Assembly: GCA_046074725.1 (NCBI GenBank)
Contig: JBJTOU010000053.1
Location: 1,751-65,750 of the forward strand
Length of the DNA stretch: 64,000 nt
Reading direction: 5' to 3'
DNA from: Planctomycetia bacterium
GTDB lineage: Bacteria; Planctomycetota; Planctomycetia; Pirellulales; UBA1268
Numbering within the stretch: position 1 is the first letter of the stretch; each line of letters begins with the position of its first letter. Of the stretch, positions 18,099-27,460 are shown in pieces. The notes beneath the pieces are model-generated. The model was not told where the DNA came from, did not search any database, and worked only from the letters and a program-made list of their open reading frames with translations. The translations under genes and the position numbers were made by a program.

Positions 18099-19070
18099 TC
18101 ACTGCCTGATGGGCTCGGCGAGGCCCTCGAAGCCGGCTGTCCGCACCGCCGGATCCACGGTCGGCTCCCCGACGAGAATCGACCGGCTCGGCCTGTAGCT
18201 CGACGTTCCTCCGGGACGATAGCCGGGGTCCGGGCGTCGCCTCGGGACGGAACCAGGCAGCGTCGATGGCGGCTCGGTCGTCGGCGCTGTGAATGCGGGG
18301 GGAGCGTGGTCGGGGATCATCGGAGGCGTTGGCTGCGGCGCGACCGTGGCTGGCGACGGAGACGACGCGAGGCCGGGACCGGCGAAGCGGCTCGGAGCTG
18401 CATCGCCGTATCGCGATGAGGCCGCGTCGGTCACGGGAACGGAGCCGTCTGAGGAAAACACCGATTCGCCGCCTGCGGCGGATGCCGCAGGCGCGTAGGA
18501 ATCGCCCGCACGGCTGCTTGCGATTCTCGAAGCGGGCATCAGTGGCTCCGATTGGGCTGCCTGGCTGGGCGTCGATGCTGCCTGAGTGGCCGCGGGAATC
18601 GCGGCATACGGGCCGACCTGCGGGGCGGCAGAGCCCTGAGACCCTGATGGCGATGGATAGGTGGAAACCGCCCGCGAGGCTGCCGTCTCGGCCGCGGCCT
18701 GCTGGACGCGACCGTACGTGATGGGCCCGGCGTCGGTGGTGGCGGGATACTGGGCAGGTGCCGCCGCGGCAACCTGCGTCTGTGCCGCGCCGTCCATCGA
18801 GTAGCTCTCGGGCGTGGTCGTGGTGGGGTATGGGGAGGCCAGGCCCGAGGGCTTTGCGACACCACCTTTTGTGGGAGCGGCTTGATCGAACGGTGGCGCC
18901 GTCGCCAGCTTTTCAGCACCGGCCGTCTGACCGCCGCCGAACGTCCACCATGACGGCTTCGAGACTGACATCCCGCTCTTGCAGCCCGTAGTGGACATGG
19001 CCACGCAGGTAGCGGCCACAATCAGCGTCTGAACCCGATGGCCGATGACGCATCCATGCTCCAGGGTCAT
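18099..19070 (-). CDS. Low-complexity Pro/Ala/Ser/Thr-rich putative lipoprotein
   Basis: N-terminus MTLEHGCVIGHRVQTLIVAATCVAMSTTGCKSG has a lipobox-like TTGC. The remainder is compositionally biased. Confidence 0.6.
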   Translation of the reverse strand: MTLEHGCVIGHRVQTLIVAATCVAMSTTGCKSGMSVSKPSWWTFGGGQTAGAEKLATAPPFDQAAPTKGGVAKPSGLASPYPTTTTPESYSMDGAAQTQVAAAAPAQYPATTDAGPITYGRVQQAAAETAASRAVSTYPSPSGSQGSAAPQVGPYAAIPAATQAASTPSQAAQSEPLMPASRIASSRAGDSYAPAASAAGGESVFSSDGSVPVTDAASSRYGDAAPSRFAGPGLASSPSPATVAPQPTPPMIPDHAPPAFTAPTTEPPSTLPGSVPRRRPDPGYRPGGTSSYRPSRSILVGEPTVDPAVRTAGFEGLAEPIRQ

Positions 19071-19180
19071 GTCTCTCTCCGGCTGCGGACGAACGGGGCC
19101 TCACGATCGAGCCGGAGAAATAGGGGGCTCCGTGGGCCCGCGTCAACGCCAGAGCGGACAGGCCGTGACCACGCGTTGCG

Positions 19181-19213
19181 AAAAAGCGGTGGGCGGCATC
19201 GGCCGCCCACCGC
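19181..19213 (-). terminator. Rho-independent terminator downstream of sod
   Basis: Perfect 12-bp stem GCGGTGGGCGGC / GCCGCCCACCGC with a 4-nt loop. On the minus strand it is followed by TTTTT (19181-19185). Confidence 0.6.
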
Positions 19214-19275
19214 TCATGGTTCCGATACGAGGAATCGGCGCAAGACAGGAAAGCCTGGAAGGCTTCCATCGGCGG

Positions 19276-19887
19276 CTATTTGTGCGTCCCGGCGAACCGC
19301 TTGCCAACCGCATCCCAGTCGATGACGTTGTAGAAGGCGGTCACATAGTCGGCCCGGCGGTTTTGGTAGAGCAGGTAATAGGCATGCTCCCAGACGTCGA
19401 TGCCGAGGATCGGCTTGTTCCCGTGCATGATCGGGCTGTCCTGGTTGGCCGTGCTCTCCACGAGCAGTTTGCCCTTCGGATCGATCGAGAGCCAGGCCCA
19501 GCCGCTTCCGAACCGCCCCATCGCGGCCTTGGTGAACTCCTCCTTGAAGTTCGCAAAGCCGCCGAACACGCTTCGCACCGCCTCGCCGAGCTGGCCGGAG
19601 GGCTCGCCTCCCTTCCCCTTGCCGATGGTCTGCCAAAACATCGAGTGGTTGGCGTGGCCGCCGCCGTTGTTGCGGACGACGGTGCGGATCGCCTCGGGGA
19701 CCTTTTCAAGGTCGGCGATCAACGTCTCGACCGGCACCTCGCCGAGCGGGTTCCCCTCGAGCGCCTTGTTCACGTTCGTGACGTAGGCCGCATGATGCTT
19801 GTCGTGGTGGATCTCCATCGTCCGAGCGTCGATGAATGGCTCGAGGGCGTCGAAGGCGTAGGGGAGCGGGGGAAGCGTGTAGGCCAT
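19276..19887 (-). CDS. sod: Fe/Mn-family superoxide dismutase
   Basis: [36 protein letters not shown]...[20 protein letters not shown], 203 aa. ATG confirmed at 19885-19887. The track ORF is over-extended upstream. Confidence 0.93.
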   Translation of the reverse strand: MAYTLPPLPYAFDALEPFIDARTMEIHHDKHHAAYVTNVNKALEGNPLGEVPVETLIADLEKVPEAIRTVVRNNGGGHANHSMFWQTIGKGKGGEPSGQLGEAVRSVFGGFANFKEEFTKAAMGRFGSGWAWLSIDPKGKLLVESTANQDSPIMHGNKPILGIDVWEHAYYLLYQNRRADYVTAFYNVIDWDAVGKRFAGTHK

Positions 19888-20039
19888 CGTGATTCTCTCC
19901 GGGACTGGAAGCCTTGAGGGGTATCGAACGCGACATCTGGCGGGATGGTAGTCAACCTGCCGAGTGTGGGCAAACGGCCATCGCGGCTCGGCCCGTGGCC
20001 GCACCACTCGCGGCTGGAAGGGGACCTGCGAGAACGGCT

Positions 20040-20068
20040 TTGACGCCGACCGGTGCATGGCCGATAGT
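20040..20068 (+). promoter_or_regulatory. Candidate sigma70-type promoter of gltX (very short leader)
   Basis: TTGACG (20040-20045), a 17-nt spacer, then GATAGT (20063-20068). The ATG of gltX is at 20078. Confidence 0.3.
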
Positions 20069-20077
20069 GCTGTCCCC

Positions 20078-21640
20078 ATGAACGTTCGCACCCGTTTCGC
20101 GCCGAGCCCGACAGGGTATCTCCACATCGGGGGCGTGCGCACCGCGCTCTTCAACTGGCTCTTCGCCCGACAGCGCGGAGGGCAGTTCATCCTGCGGATC
20201 GACGACACCGACGTCGCCCGCAACGTGGACGAGGCACTCCAGCCGATCCTGTCGGGCCTGCAATGGCTCGGCATCGATTGGGACGAGGGGCCTGGGGTGG
20301 GAGGGCCGCACGCGCCCTACTTTCAGTCGCAACGGGCCGACCTCCACAAGGCGGCGGTCGAGAGCCTGCTCGCCTCGGGCCATGCCTACCGCGACTTCGC
20401 GACGCCGGAGGAACTCGACGAGGAACGGAAGGCCGCCCAAGCGGCCGGCAAGCCGTTTCTCTACAGCCGCCGCTTCGCGGCGTTCGACGATGCCGCCGCG
20501 GCCCGGTTCGCCGCGGAGGGGCGAGCGAGCGTGGTCCGCCTGAAGATGCCCCGCGAGGGATCGCTCGTCATCGACGACGCGGTCCGCGGCCGCGTCGAAT
20601 TCGCATGGGCCCGCGAGCAGGATCATGTCATCCAACGGGCCGATGGCTCCTGCCTCTACCATCTCGCCAGCGTGGTGGACGACCACGATCTCGCCATCTC
20701 GCACGTCATCCGCGCGGAGGAGCATCTCTCCAACACGCCACGGCAGGCGTTCATCGCGATGTCGCTCGGCTACCCGCTTCCGTCCTACGCCCATCTGCCG
20801 CTGGTCGCCGAGCCTGGAAGCCGCACGAAACTCTCCAAGCGGAAGCTCGCCCAGTATCTCAAGAATCACGACTTCAAGCAGGTGATGGAGCATGGCCTGC
20901 GGATCGCGGAGGCGATCGGCCTGCGGGCCGAGGCCGACACGTTCAACCCGGTGATCGTCGATTTCTACCGCGAGGTCGGCTACCTGCCCTGGGCGATCGA
21001 CAACTACCTCGCCCTGCTCGGCTGGTCCTACGACGACAAGACGGAGTTCTTCTCGCGGGAGGATCTGGTGCGGCATTTCACGCTCGAGCGGATCAACGCG
21101 TCGCCAGCGAGTTTCGATCCACGGAAGCTCTGGGCCGTGCAAGACCATTACATGTCGCAGCTTCCGACCGATGAAAAACTCCGGCTCATGATGCCGTTCC
21201 TCGTGAGGGCGAACCTGTTCGCCGACCCACCCACCCCCTCGGCGGTGCAGACGGTTCGCAGGGTGATCGAGGCTTCGGGGGATCGGCTCAAGGTGGCCGG
21301 CGACATCATCGGCTACGCCGACTTTTTCCTCGTGGACGAGCCCCGCATGGACGATGCCGCCGTGGCCCAACGGCTTGGCAAGCCGGGCGTGCGGGACCTC
21401 CTCGCGTCGTTCTCGGAGGCGATCCGCACGCTCGAACCATTCGAGCCGGCGGGACTCGAGGCGGCCCTCAAACAGGTCGTCGAACAGGCCGGCCTGAAGC
21501 CGGGCGACCTCGTCCACGCGGTTCGCGTGGCCGTGACGGGCAAAACCGTCGGCCCGGGGCTCTACGACTGTCTCGCGATCCTCGGTCGCGAGCGATCGCT
21601 CGCACGGATCGCACGTGCGTTGCCGCTGTGTGCGGCGTAA
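20078..21640 (+). CDS. gltX: Glutamyl-tRNA synthetase
   Basis: [31 protein letters not shown] carries the HIGH motif, and KLSKRK is the KMSKS-type motif. An alternative ATG is at 20057. Confidence 0.92.
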   Translation: MNVRTRFAPSPTGYLHIGGVRTALFNWLFARQRGGQFILRIDDTDVARNVDEALQPILSGLQWLGIDWDEGPGVGGPHAPYFQSQRADLHKAAVESLLASGHAYRDFATPEELDEERKAAQAAGKPFLYSRRFAAFDDAAAARFAAEGRASVVRLKMPREGSLVIDDAVRGRVEFAWAREQDHVIQRADGSCLYHLASVVDDHDLAISHVIRAEEHLSNTPRQAFIAMSLGYPLPSYAHLPLVAEPGSRTKLSKRKLAQYLKNHDFKQVMEHGLRIAEAIGLRAEADTFNPVIVDFYREVGYLPWAIDNYLALLGWSYDDKTEFFSREDLVRHFTLERINASPASFDPRKLWAVQDHYMSQLPTDEKLRLMMPFLVRANLFADPPTPSAVQTVRRVIEASGDRLKVAGDIIGYADFFLVDEPRMDDAAVAQRLGKPGVRDLLASFSEAIRTLEPFEPAGLEAALKQVVEQAGLKPGDLVHAVRVAVTGKTVGPGLYDCLAILGRERSLARIARALPLCAA

Positions 21641-21694
21641 GACTTTCCCTTCCATCCCACCCGACCATTTCATATCCCCTGCAAGGAGTGCCCC

Positions 21695-22597
21695 ATGCCG
21701 CTGCTCGTCGTCGGAAGCGTCGCCCTCGATTGTGTCGAGACCCCCTCCGACAGCCGCGATGACGTGCTGGGCGGATCGGCGGTATTTTTTTCCTATGCCG
21801 CGAGCTTCTTTTCGCCGGTAAAGATGATCGGCACGGTCGGAGAGGACTGGCCGCACAGGCACACGCGGTTCCTCGAAGATCGCGGCATCGATACCTCGGG
21901 TATCGAGACCATCGCGGGGGGCAAGACGTTCCGCTGGCGGGGCCGATACCTGCCGAACATGAACGATCGGGAGACGCTCGAGGTGCATCTGAACGTCTTC
22001 GGCGAATTCAAGCCGAGGCTCAACGGCAGCCACAAGGACTCGAAGTTCGTCTTCCTCGGCAACTCGTCCCCGACGACACAGCTCTCAGTGCTGGATCAGG
22101 TGCCAGCCGCGCAGCTCACCGTGGCCGACACGATGGACCTCTGGATCAACATCCAACGGGACGAGCTCGGCGAACTCCTCCGTCGGATCGACGGCCTCGT
22201 GCTCAACGATTCCGAGGCGAAACTTCTGGCGGAGGATGAAAACCTCGTTCGGGCTGGCCACGCCGTGCGGAAGATGGGTCCGAAGTTCGTCGTCATCAAG
22301 AAGGGCGAGCACGGGGCGATGTTCTTCAGCGAACACGAGATGTACGTCATGCCCGCCTACCCGACCCCGCAAGTGCTCGACCCCACCGGGGCGGGCGACA
22401 GCTTTGCCGGCGGCATGATGGGACATCTCGCGTCCCTCGGCCGGTTCGACGCCCGGGCCCTCAAGGAAGCCCTCGCCTACGGCGTCGTCACGGCCAGCTA
22501 CACCGTGGAGGATTTCAGCCTCGATCGGCTGGCCGGCATCGACCGGGCCGACCTCGACCGAAGGCTCGGGGAATACCGGCAGATGCTGAGTTTTTAG
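21695..22597 (+). CDS. PfkB-family carbohydrate/nucleoside kinase
   Basis: ATG 21695 is preceded by AAGGAG. C-terminal PfkB signature VLDPTGAGDSFAGGMMGHL. Confidence 0.85.
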   Translation: MPLLVVGSVALDCVETPSDSRDDVLGGSAVFFSYAASFFSPVKMIGTVGEDWPHRHTRFLEDRGIDTSGIETIAGGKTFRWRGRYLPNMNDRETLEVHLNVFGEFKPRLNGSHKDSKFVFLGNSSPTTQLSVLDQVPAAQLTVADTMDLWINIQRDELGELLRRIDGLVLNDSEAKLLAEDENLVRAGHAVRKMGPKFVVIKKGEHGAMFFSEHEMYVMPAYPTPQVLDPTGAGDSFAGGMMGHLASLGRFDARALKEALAYGVVTASYTVEDFSLDRLAGIDRADLDRRLGEYRQMLSF

Positions 22598-22624
22598 GCC
22601 TGTACGGCCGTCCAGAAAATCCTC

Positions 22625-22653
22625 TTGCATGCGGCGACGCCAGCCGATAGTAT
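22625..22653 (+). promoter_or_regulatory. Candidate recA promoter
   Basis: TTGCAT (22625-22630), a 17-nt spacer, then TAGTAT (22648-22653). This is about 100 nt upstream of the recA ATG. Confidence 0.4.
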
Positions 22654-22659
22654 ACCCGC

Positions 22660-22675
22660 GTTCAGTGTTCGTTTC
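22660..22675. promoter_or_regulatory. Candidate operator just downstream of the recA -10 element (possible SOS box)
   Basis: GTTCAGTGTTCGTTTC matches 12 of 16 positions of GTACAGTATTCGATAC upstream of imuA. Its position overlaps the predicted transcription start. Confidence 0.25.
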
Positions 22676-22750
22676 CGCGGCAAATCGCTCGATTCATGGT
22701 GGCGAAGCAACCACCCCGACGATGTGCCGGGCAACGTGGGAGGCAGCGCC

Positions 22751-23890
22751 ATGATCATGGCAGCAGGAGTGAACGGTCGGATGGCAAAGGCAGCGAAGTC
22801 GGAAAAATCGGAATCGAGATCGAAGGCGGAGTCACGCAAGGGGGAAGGGAAGGGCGCTCCATCGTTCCTCGATGGGAATCCGGCCCTCAAGAACATCCTC
22901 TCCCAGATCGAGAAGGAGTTCGGCGAGGGATCGATCATGCCGCTCGGCAGCGAGGCCCAGGCGCCCATCGAGGGGATTCCCTCGGGAAGCCTTTCGGTCG
23001 ATCTTGCGCTGGGTGGCAAGGGGTTCCCGCGCGGGCGGATCATCGAGGTGTTCGGCCCCGAGTCGAGCGGCAAGACGACGCTTGCCCTCCATGCCGTCGC
23101 CTCGGCCCAGCGAACCGGCGGGATTGCCGCCTTCATCGATGCCGAGCACGCGCTCGACCCGAGCTGGGCCAAGAAACTTGGTATTTCGCTTGAAAAACTG
23201 CTCGTCAGCCAGCCGACCAGCGGCGAAGAGGCGATGCACATCGCGGAAATGCTCATCAAGAGCAACGCGATCGACATCATCGTCGTCGACTCGGTTGCGG
23301 CGCTCGTGCCGCAGAAGGAACTCGACGGCGAGATCGGTGACTCGTTCGTGGGCCTTCAGGCCCGGCTGATGAGCCAGACGATGCGAAAGCTGACCGGCGC
23401 CATCGCCAAATCCAAGACGACCGTGATCTTCATCAACCAGATCCGGGAAAAGATCGGCGTGATGTTCGGAAGCCCCGAGACCACCCCCGGCGGCCGGGCT
23501 CTGAAGTTCTATGCCTCCTGCCGAATCGACGTCCGCCGGATCGGCACGCTCAAGGACGGCGAGGACGTGGTGGGCCAACGTGTCCGCGTGAAGGTGGTGA
23601 AGAACAAGGTGGCGCCGCCGTTCCGGGTCGCCGAGTTCGACATGATGCACAGCGACGGCATCAGCATCGAAGGCGATCTGCTCGATCTGGCGATCGCCGC
23701 CAAACTGGTCGACAAGACCGGCACATGGCTGCGGTACGGCGAGACACACCTCGGCCAAGGCCGTGAGAAGGCCCGCCAGTTCCTCAAGGACAATCCCGCC
23801 GTGGCCAAGGAACTGCGGGAGAAGATCCTGGCGAGCAAGGATGCCGTGATCGCCGTCGAATCCGAGTCCGCGGGCGGCGGCGACGACTGA
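22751..23890 (+). CDS. recA: Recombinase RecA with a Lys/Ser/Glu-rich N-terminal extension
   Basis: GGGAGG lies 7 nt upstream of ATG 22751. [16 protein letters not shown] (Walker A), [36 protein letters not shown]. The track start at 22625 is TTG and is unlikely. Confidence 0.93.
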   Translation: MIMAAGVNGRMAKAAKSEKSESRSKAESRKGEGKGAPSFLDGNPALKNILSQIEKEFGEGSIMPLGSEAQAPIEGIPSGSLSVDLALGGKGFPRGRIIEVFGPESSGKTTLALHAVASAQRTGGIAAFIDAEHALDPSWAKKLGISLEKLLVSQPTSGEEAMHIAEMLIKSNAIDIIVVDSVAALVPQKELDGEIGDSFVGLQARLMSQTMRKLTGAIAKSKTTVIFINQIREKIGVMFGSPETTPGGRALKFYASCRIDVRRIGTLKDGEDVVGQRVRVKVVKNKVAPPFRVAEFDMMHSDGISIEGDLLDLAIAAKLVDKTGTWLRYGETHLGQGREKARQFLKDNPAVAKELREKILASKDAVIAVESESAGGGDD

Positions 23891-23921
23891 ACCGCCATCC
23901 TGAACGGCTCGTACCCCATCG

Positions 23922-23968
23922 CTGCCCACGCGAGGCCGACCCAAGCGGCCGAGCGTGGGCAGTTCGTT
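23922..23968 (+). terminator. Candidate terminator hairpin after recA
   Basis: CTGCCCACGC-GA-GGCCG-ACCCAAG-CGGCC-GA-GCGTGGGCAG has 15 paired bases with a symmetric internal loop. It is followed by TTCGTT. Confidence 0.45.
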
Positions 23969-24061
23969 GACGGGGCTGGGGCATCGCTGACGGGCGGCCG
24001 TTGCGTGTATAGTGCCACCCGTTCGTCTCTTACCGACACCGTCCCGGGAGCCGCCTGCGAC

Positions 24062-26683
24062 ATGAAGGCCGATGACCTCCGCGAAGCCTATCTCGCATTC
24101 TTCGAATCCAAGGGGTGCGTCCGCCGCCCGAGCGACGTGCTCGTGCCCCGCTGGGATCCGTCGGTGCTCTTCACGCCCGCTGGCATGAACCAGTTCAAGG
24201 ATCACTTCCTCGGAAAGTGCAAGCTGGATTTCACCCGGGCCACGACGTGTCAGAAGTGCCTGCGAACCGGCGATATCGAGAATGTCGGTCGCACTGCGAG
24301 GCACCACACGTTTTTCGAGATGCTCGGCAACTTCAGCTTCGGCGACTACTTCAAGCGTGAGGCGATCCACTGGGCGTGGGAGTTTCTCACATCCTCGCAA
24401 TGGCTCGACATCTCGCCGGAAAAACTCTCCGTCACCGTCTACCACGACGACAACGAGGCCTACGCCATCTGGTCTGACGAGATCGGGCTGCCGTCCACGA
24501 AGATCACGCGGATGGGCGAGGACGACAACTTCTGGCCCGCATCCGCCCCGAGTCACGGGCCGGACGGCGTATGCGGCCCGTGCAGCGAGATCTTCTACCG
24601 CATGCCCGATAGCAGCGACGTCGAAATCTGGAATCTGGTGTTCACCCAATTCAACCGGGTCGGCTCCCCACCGAACAACCTCCAACCGCTCCCCAGCCGC
24701 AACATCGATACCGGCATGGGACTCGAGCGGACCTGCGCCATGCTCCAGGGCGTCGATAGCAATTTTCACATCGACATCCTCCGTCCGTTGGTCGAAGCCG
24801 TGGCAGACGTGTGCGGTAAGCGATACGCGCCGGCCGAGGACGACGGCCGGCGGATGCGTCGGATCGCGGACCACGTGCGGGCCTGCACGTTCGCCATCCA
24901 CGAGAATGTGCTGCCGGGCAACAACGAAGAGAAATACGTCGTCAAGCGACTGCTGCGACGGGCCGTACTCGACGGCCGCCAGATGGGCATGCGCGAGCCG
25001 TTCCTCCACAGGCTTCCCGGCACGGTGGCCCAGATGATGCGAAAGCCCTATCCCGAACTGGCCGAGACCGTCGATCGGGTTGCCGCGGTGATCAAGCGGG
25101 AAGAGGAGTCGTTTCTGGCCACGATCGATGGCGGTCTCGACCGGATCGAGAGGCTCTTTTCGACGATCGGCACATCGGGTTCCGGCAGCGTCCGGGGGGC
25201 CGATGCCGCCGAGCTCTACACGACCTACGGCTTCCCACCGGAACTGCTCGAGACGATTGCTGCGGAGCGGAACTGCGGCTTCGACTGGGACGGTTTCCGA
25301 GCGGCGATGGAGGAGCACGGCCAGCGATCGGGCGCCGGCAGCCGGGTGGAGGTCTTTACGTCGGGTCCCCTCGATGCCCTCAAGAAAACGATGCACGGCT
25401 CGGAGTTCGTGGGCTACGACACAATCCGTTCCGATGGCAGGATCATCGGCATCATCGCCCAGGACCGCCTCTGCGAAACCGTCCGCGAGATCGGCCACGA
25501 GGCACCGGTGACGGTCGTGCTCGACCATACTCCCTTCTACGGCGAATCGGGCGGCCAGGTGGGCGACACAGGCTGGCTGGAGACGACGACGGGCCGCTTC
25601 GAGGTCATCGACACGCAGCGCGAAGGCGGCTTCATGCTCCATATCGGCCATCTGGCGTCTGGGATGCTCGATCTCGGCCAGCCGGTCCGGGCGACGGTCG
25701 ATGCCGACCGCCGCGCCGCGCTGCGGCGAGCCCATTCGGCCACGCACCTTCTCCACGCGGCCCTGCAGCACCATCTCGGCAGCCACGCCGTGCAGCAGGG
25801 CTCCAAGGTCGATGCCGACATGCTCCGCTTCGACTTCTCGCATACACAGGCAGTCGGCCATGAGACGCTCGAGAACATCGAGACGATGGTGAATGGCTCG
25901 GTGCTTGCGGCACTCCCCGTCACGGCACAGCTCCTCCCGCTTGCCGAGGCCCGTCACGCCGGAGCGATGATGCTCTTCGGCGAGAAGTACCCCGACATCG
26001 TCCGGATGGTGTCGATGGAGGGCGTGAGCCGGGAGCTTTGCGGCGGAACCCACGTGGCGAGCACCGGCCAGATCGGCCTGGTTCGAATCGTGGGCGAGGA
26101 GAGCGTCTCGGCCGGCACACGTCGGATCTCCGCCGTCACCGGTCTGAAGGCGCTCGCACGGCTGCGACAGGCGGAGCACACGCTCGCCGAAGCGGCCGCG
26201 ACCCTGAAGGTGCCCGCCCAGGAACTGCCGCACCGTCTGGCCTCGATTCAAAAGGAGATCAAGGATCTCAAGAAGGCGAAGCCGGCCACCACAGCCACGG
26301 CCGCCTCGCCAGACGAGCTTCTCGCGACGGCCCGCGACCTGGGAGGGACGAAGGTCGTGGTGGCGGAAGCGAAGGGAAGTGATGCCGGAGCGATGCGGCA
26401 GTGCATCGACCAGCTGCGACGGAAGGCCAGCCCGATCGCCGTGCTCCTCGCCTCGGCCGATGCCGACAAGGTGACGCTCGTGGCGGGAATCTCCCGCGAG
26501 CTCGAGGCCCGCGGCCTCTCAGCCGGCGTCTGGATCAAAGACCCGGCTGCGATCGTCGGAGGGAAGGGGGGAGGACGCCCAGATCTCGCCCAGGCCGGCG
26601 GCAAACTCGTGGATCAGCTCCCGGCTGCCCTCGATGCCGCTCGTCAGGCGATCGAGACAATGCTTCGGGCATGCCCCGCATGA
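24062..26683 (+). CDS. alaS: Alanyl-tRNA synthetase
   Basis: MKADDLREAYLAFFESKGCVRRPSDVLVP...FTPAGMNQFKD...HHTFFEMLGNFSFGDYFK. It has the editing-domain HSATHLLHAAL and a C-terminal DHHA1-like region. Confidence 0.95.
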   Translation: MKADDLREAYLAFFESKGCVRRPSDVLVPRWDPSVLFTPAGMNQFKDHFLGKCKLDFTRATTCQKCLRTGDIENVGRTARHHTFFEMLGNFSFGDYFKREAIHWAWEFLTSSQWLDISPEKLSVTVYHDDNEAYAIWSDEIGLPSTKITRMGEDDNFWPASAPSHGPDGVCGPCSEIFYRMPDSSDVEIWNLVFTQFNRVGSPPNNLQPLPSRNIDTGMGLERTCAMLQGVDSNFHIDILRPLVEAVADVCGKRYAPAEDDGRRMRRIADHVRACTFAIHENVLPGNNEEKYVVKRLLRRAVLDGRQMGMREPFLHRLPGTVAQMMRKPYPELAETVDRVAAVIKREEESFLATIDGGLDRIERLFSTIGTSGSGSVRGADAAELYTTYGFPPELLETIAAERNCGFDWDGFRAAMEEHGQRSGAGSRVEVFTSGPLDALKKTMHGSEFVGYDTIRSDGRIIGIIAQDRLCETVREIGHEAPVTVVLDHTPFYGESGGQVGDTGWLETTTGRFEVIDTQREGGFMLHIGHLASGMLDLGQPVRATVDADRRAALRRAHSATHLLHAALQHHLGSHAVQQGSKVDADMLRFDFSHTQAVGHETLENIETMVNGSVLAALPVTAQLLPLAEARHAGAMMLFGEKYPDIVRMVSMEGVSRELCGGTHVASTGQIGLVRIVGEESVSAGTRRISAVTGLKALARLRQAEHTLAEAAATLKVPAQELPHRLASIQKEIKDLKKAKPATTATAASPDELLATARDLGGTKVVVAEAKGSDAGAMRQCIDQLRRKASPIAVLLASADADKVTLVAGISRELEARGLSAGVWIKDPAAIVGGKGGGRPDLAQAGGKLVDQLPAALDAARQAIETMLRACPA

Positions 26684-26828
26684 GGGACTGATACGGATTC
26701 TCTTTGATCCGTGCGGGCGAAACGACTGCTGAACCGGCCCAGGGGCAACCCAGCCGCACGAAGCGCGTGACGATCACGTATGTGCCGTACGACGCGGTGC
26801 CCGGCGGACGGGCTCCGCGGCCGGAAGA

Positions 26829-27350
26829 TCAGATCAGTCTCTGCACCGCGGCGAGAGCCGCGTCGTAGTCGGGCTCGCTGGCGACTTCCGTGACGACCTG
26901 GGCGTACTGCACCACGCCCTTTGCATCGAGCACGAACACCGCACGTGCAAGGATCTTGAGCTCGTCGATGAGCACGCCCCATTTGGTGCCGAAGGAACGG
27001 TCCATGTAGTCGCTGCCGCTCCTCATGGTCTTGATGTCTTCGGCTCCGCAGAAGCGGGTCATGGCGAAAGGCAGGTCTAGGCTCACGGTGAGCGCATTGA
27101 CCCTGTCGCCGAGCGACGAAAGTTTCTGGTTGAAGGTCTTCGTCTGCACTTGGCAGACCGGCGTGTCGAGGGAGGGGACGACGCTGATGAAGGTCGGCTT
27201 GCCGAGCAGGTCGGCCTTCGTGATGTGGGTCATTCCGCCCGGGCCGTAGTTCGTCAGGTCGAAATCCGGGGCCGGCGAACCGACTTTGACCGCCTCACCG
27301 ACCAGCGTGAGCGGATTGCCCTTGAACGTCACTGCTCCATGCCGGCCCAT
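26829..27350 (-). CDS. tpx: Thiol peroxidase (Tpx-type peroxiredoxin)
   Basis: MGRHGAVTFKGNPLTLVGEAVKVGSPAPDF...FISVVPSLDTPVCQVQTKTF, 173 aa. ATG confirmed at 27348-27350. Confidence 0.9.
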   Translation of the reverse strand: MGRHGAVTFKGNPLTLVGEAVKVGSPAPDFDLTNYGPGGMTHITKADLLGKPTFISVVPSLDTPVCQVQTKTFNQKLSSLGDRVNALTVSLDLPFAMTRFCGAEDIKTMRSGSDYMDRSFGTKWGVLIDELKILARAVFVLDAKGVVQYAQVVTEVASEPDYDAALAAVQRLI

Positions 27351-27460
27351 GATGTCTCTCCTTCGGGGGTATCGTCGACGTGCAGGCAGTATTGCGACGG
27401 GCTTCGAGCCGACAAGCCCTTTGCAGGCAAACGGCCGATTTTCACGAAACCCGCTCCGCG

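Noticed and set aside
19952-22033. 693-aa ORF on the - strand, and similar long antisense ORFs (537..1736 +, 5778..7583 +, 36597..37919 +, 52602..53999 +, 58827..60296 +)
   Set aside because: Each one overlaps a confidently identified gene on the opposite strand (gltX, dnaE2, the oxidoreductase, mcsB, exbB/exbD, serA) and lacks recognisable motifs.
23985-24013. Promoter for alaS (TATAGT at 24008-24013)
   Set aside because: The -10 is good, but no acceptable -35 lies at 16-18 nt spacing. The best candidates are CTGACG at 15 nt and GCTGAC at 16 nt. It is too weak to call as a feature.
22832-26251. 1139-aa ORF on the - strand
   Set aside because: It is antisense to recA and alaS. There is no coding signature beyond the GC-driven open frame.
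26693-26712. Hairpin ACGGAT-N8-ATCCGT right after the alaS stop as a terminator
   Set aside because: The stem is only 6 bp and no T-run follows. It is plausible but not supportable as an intrinsic terminator from sequence alone.
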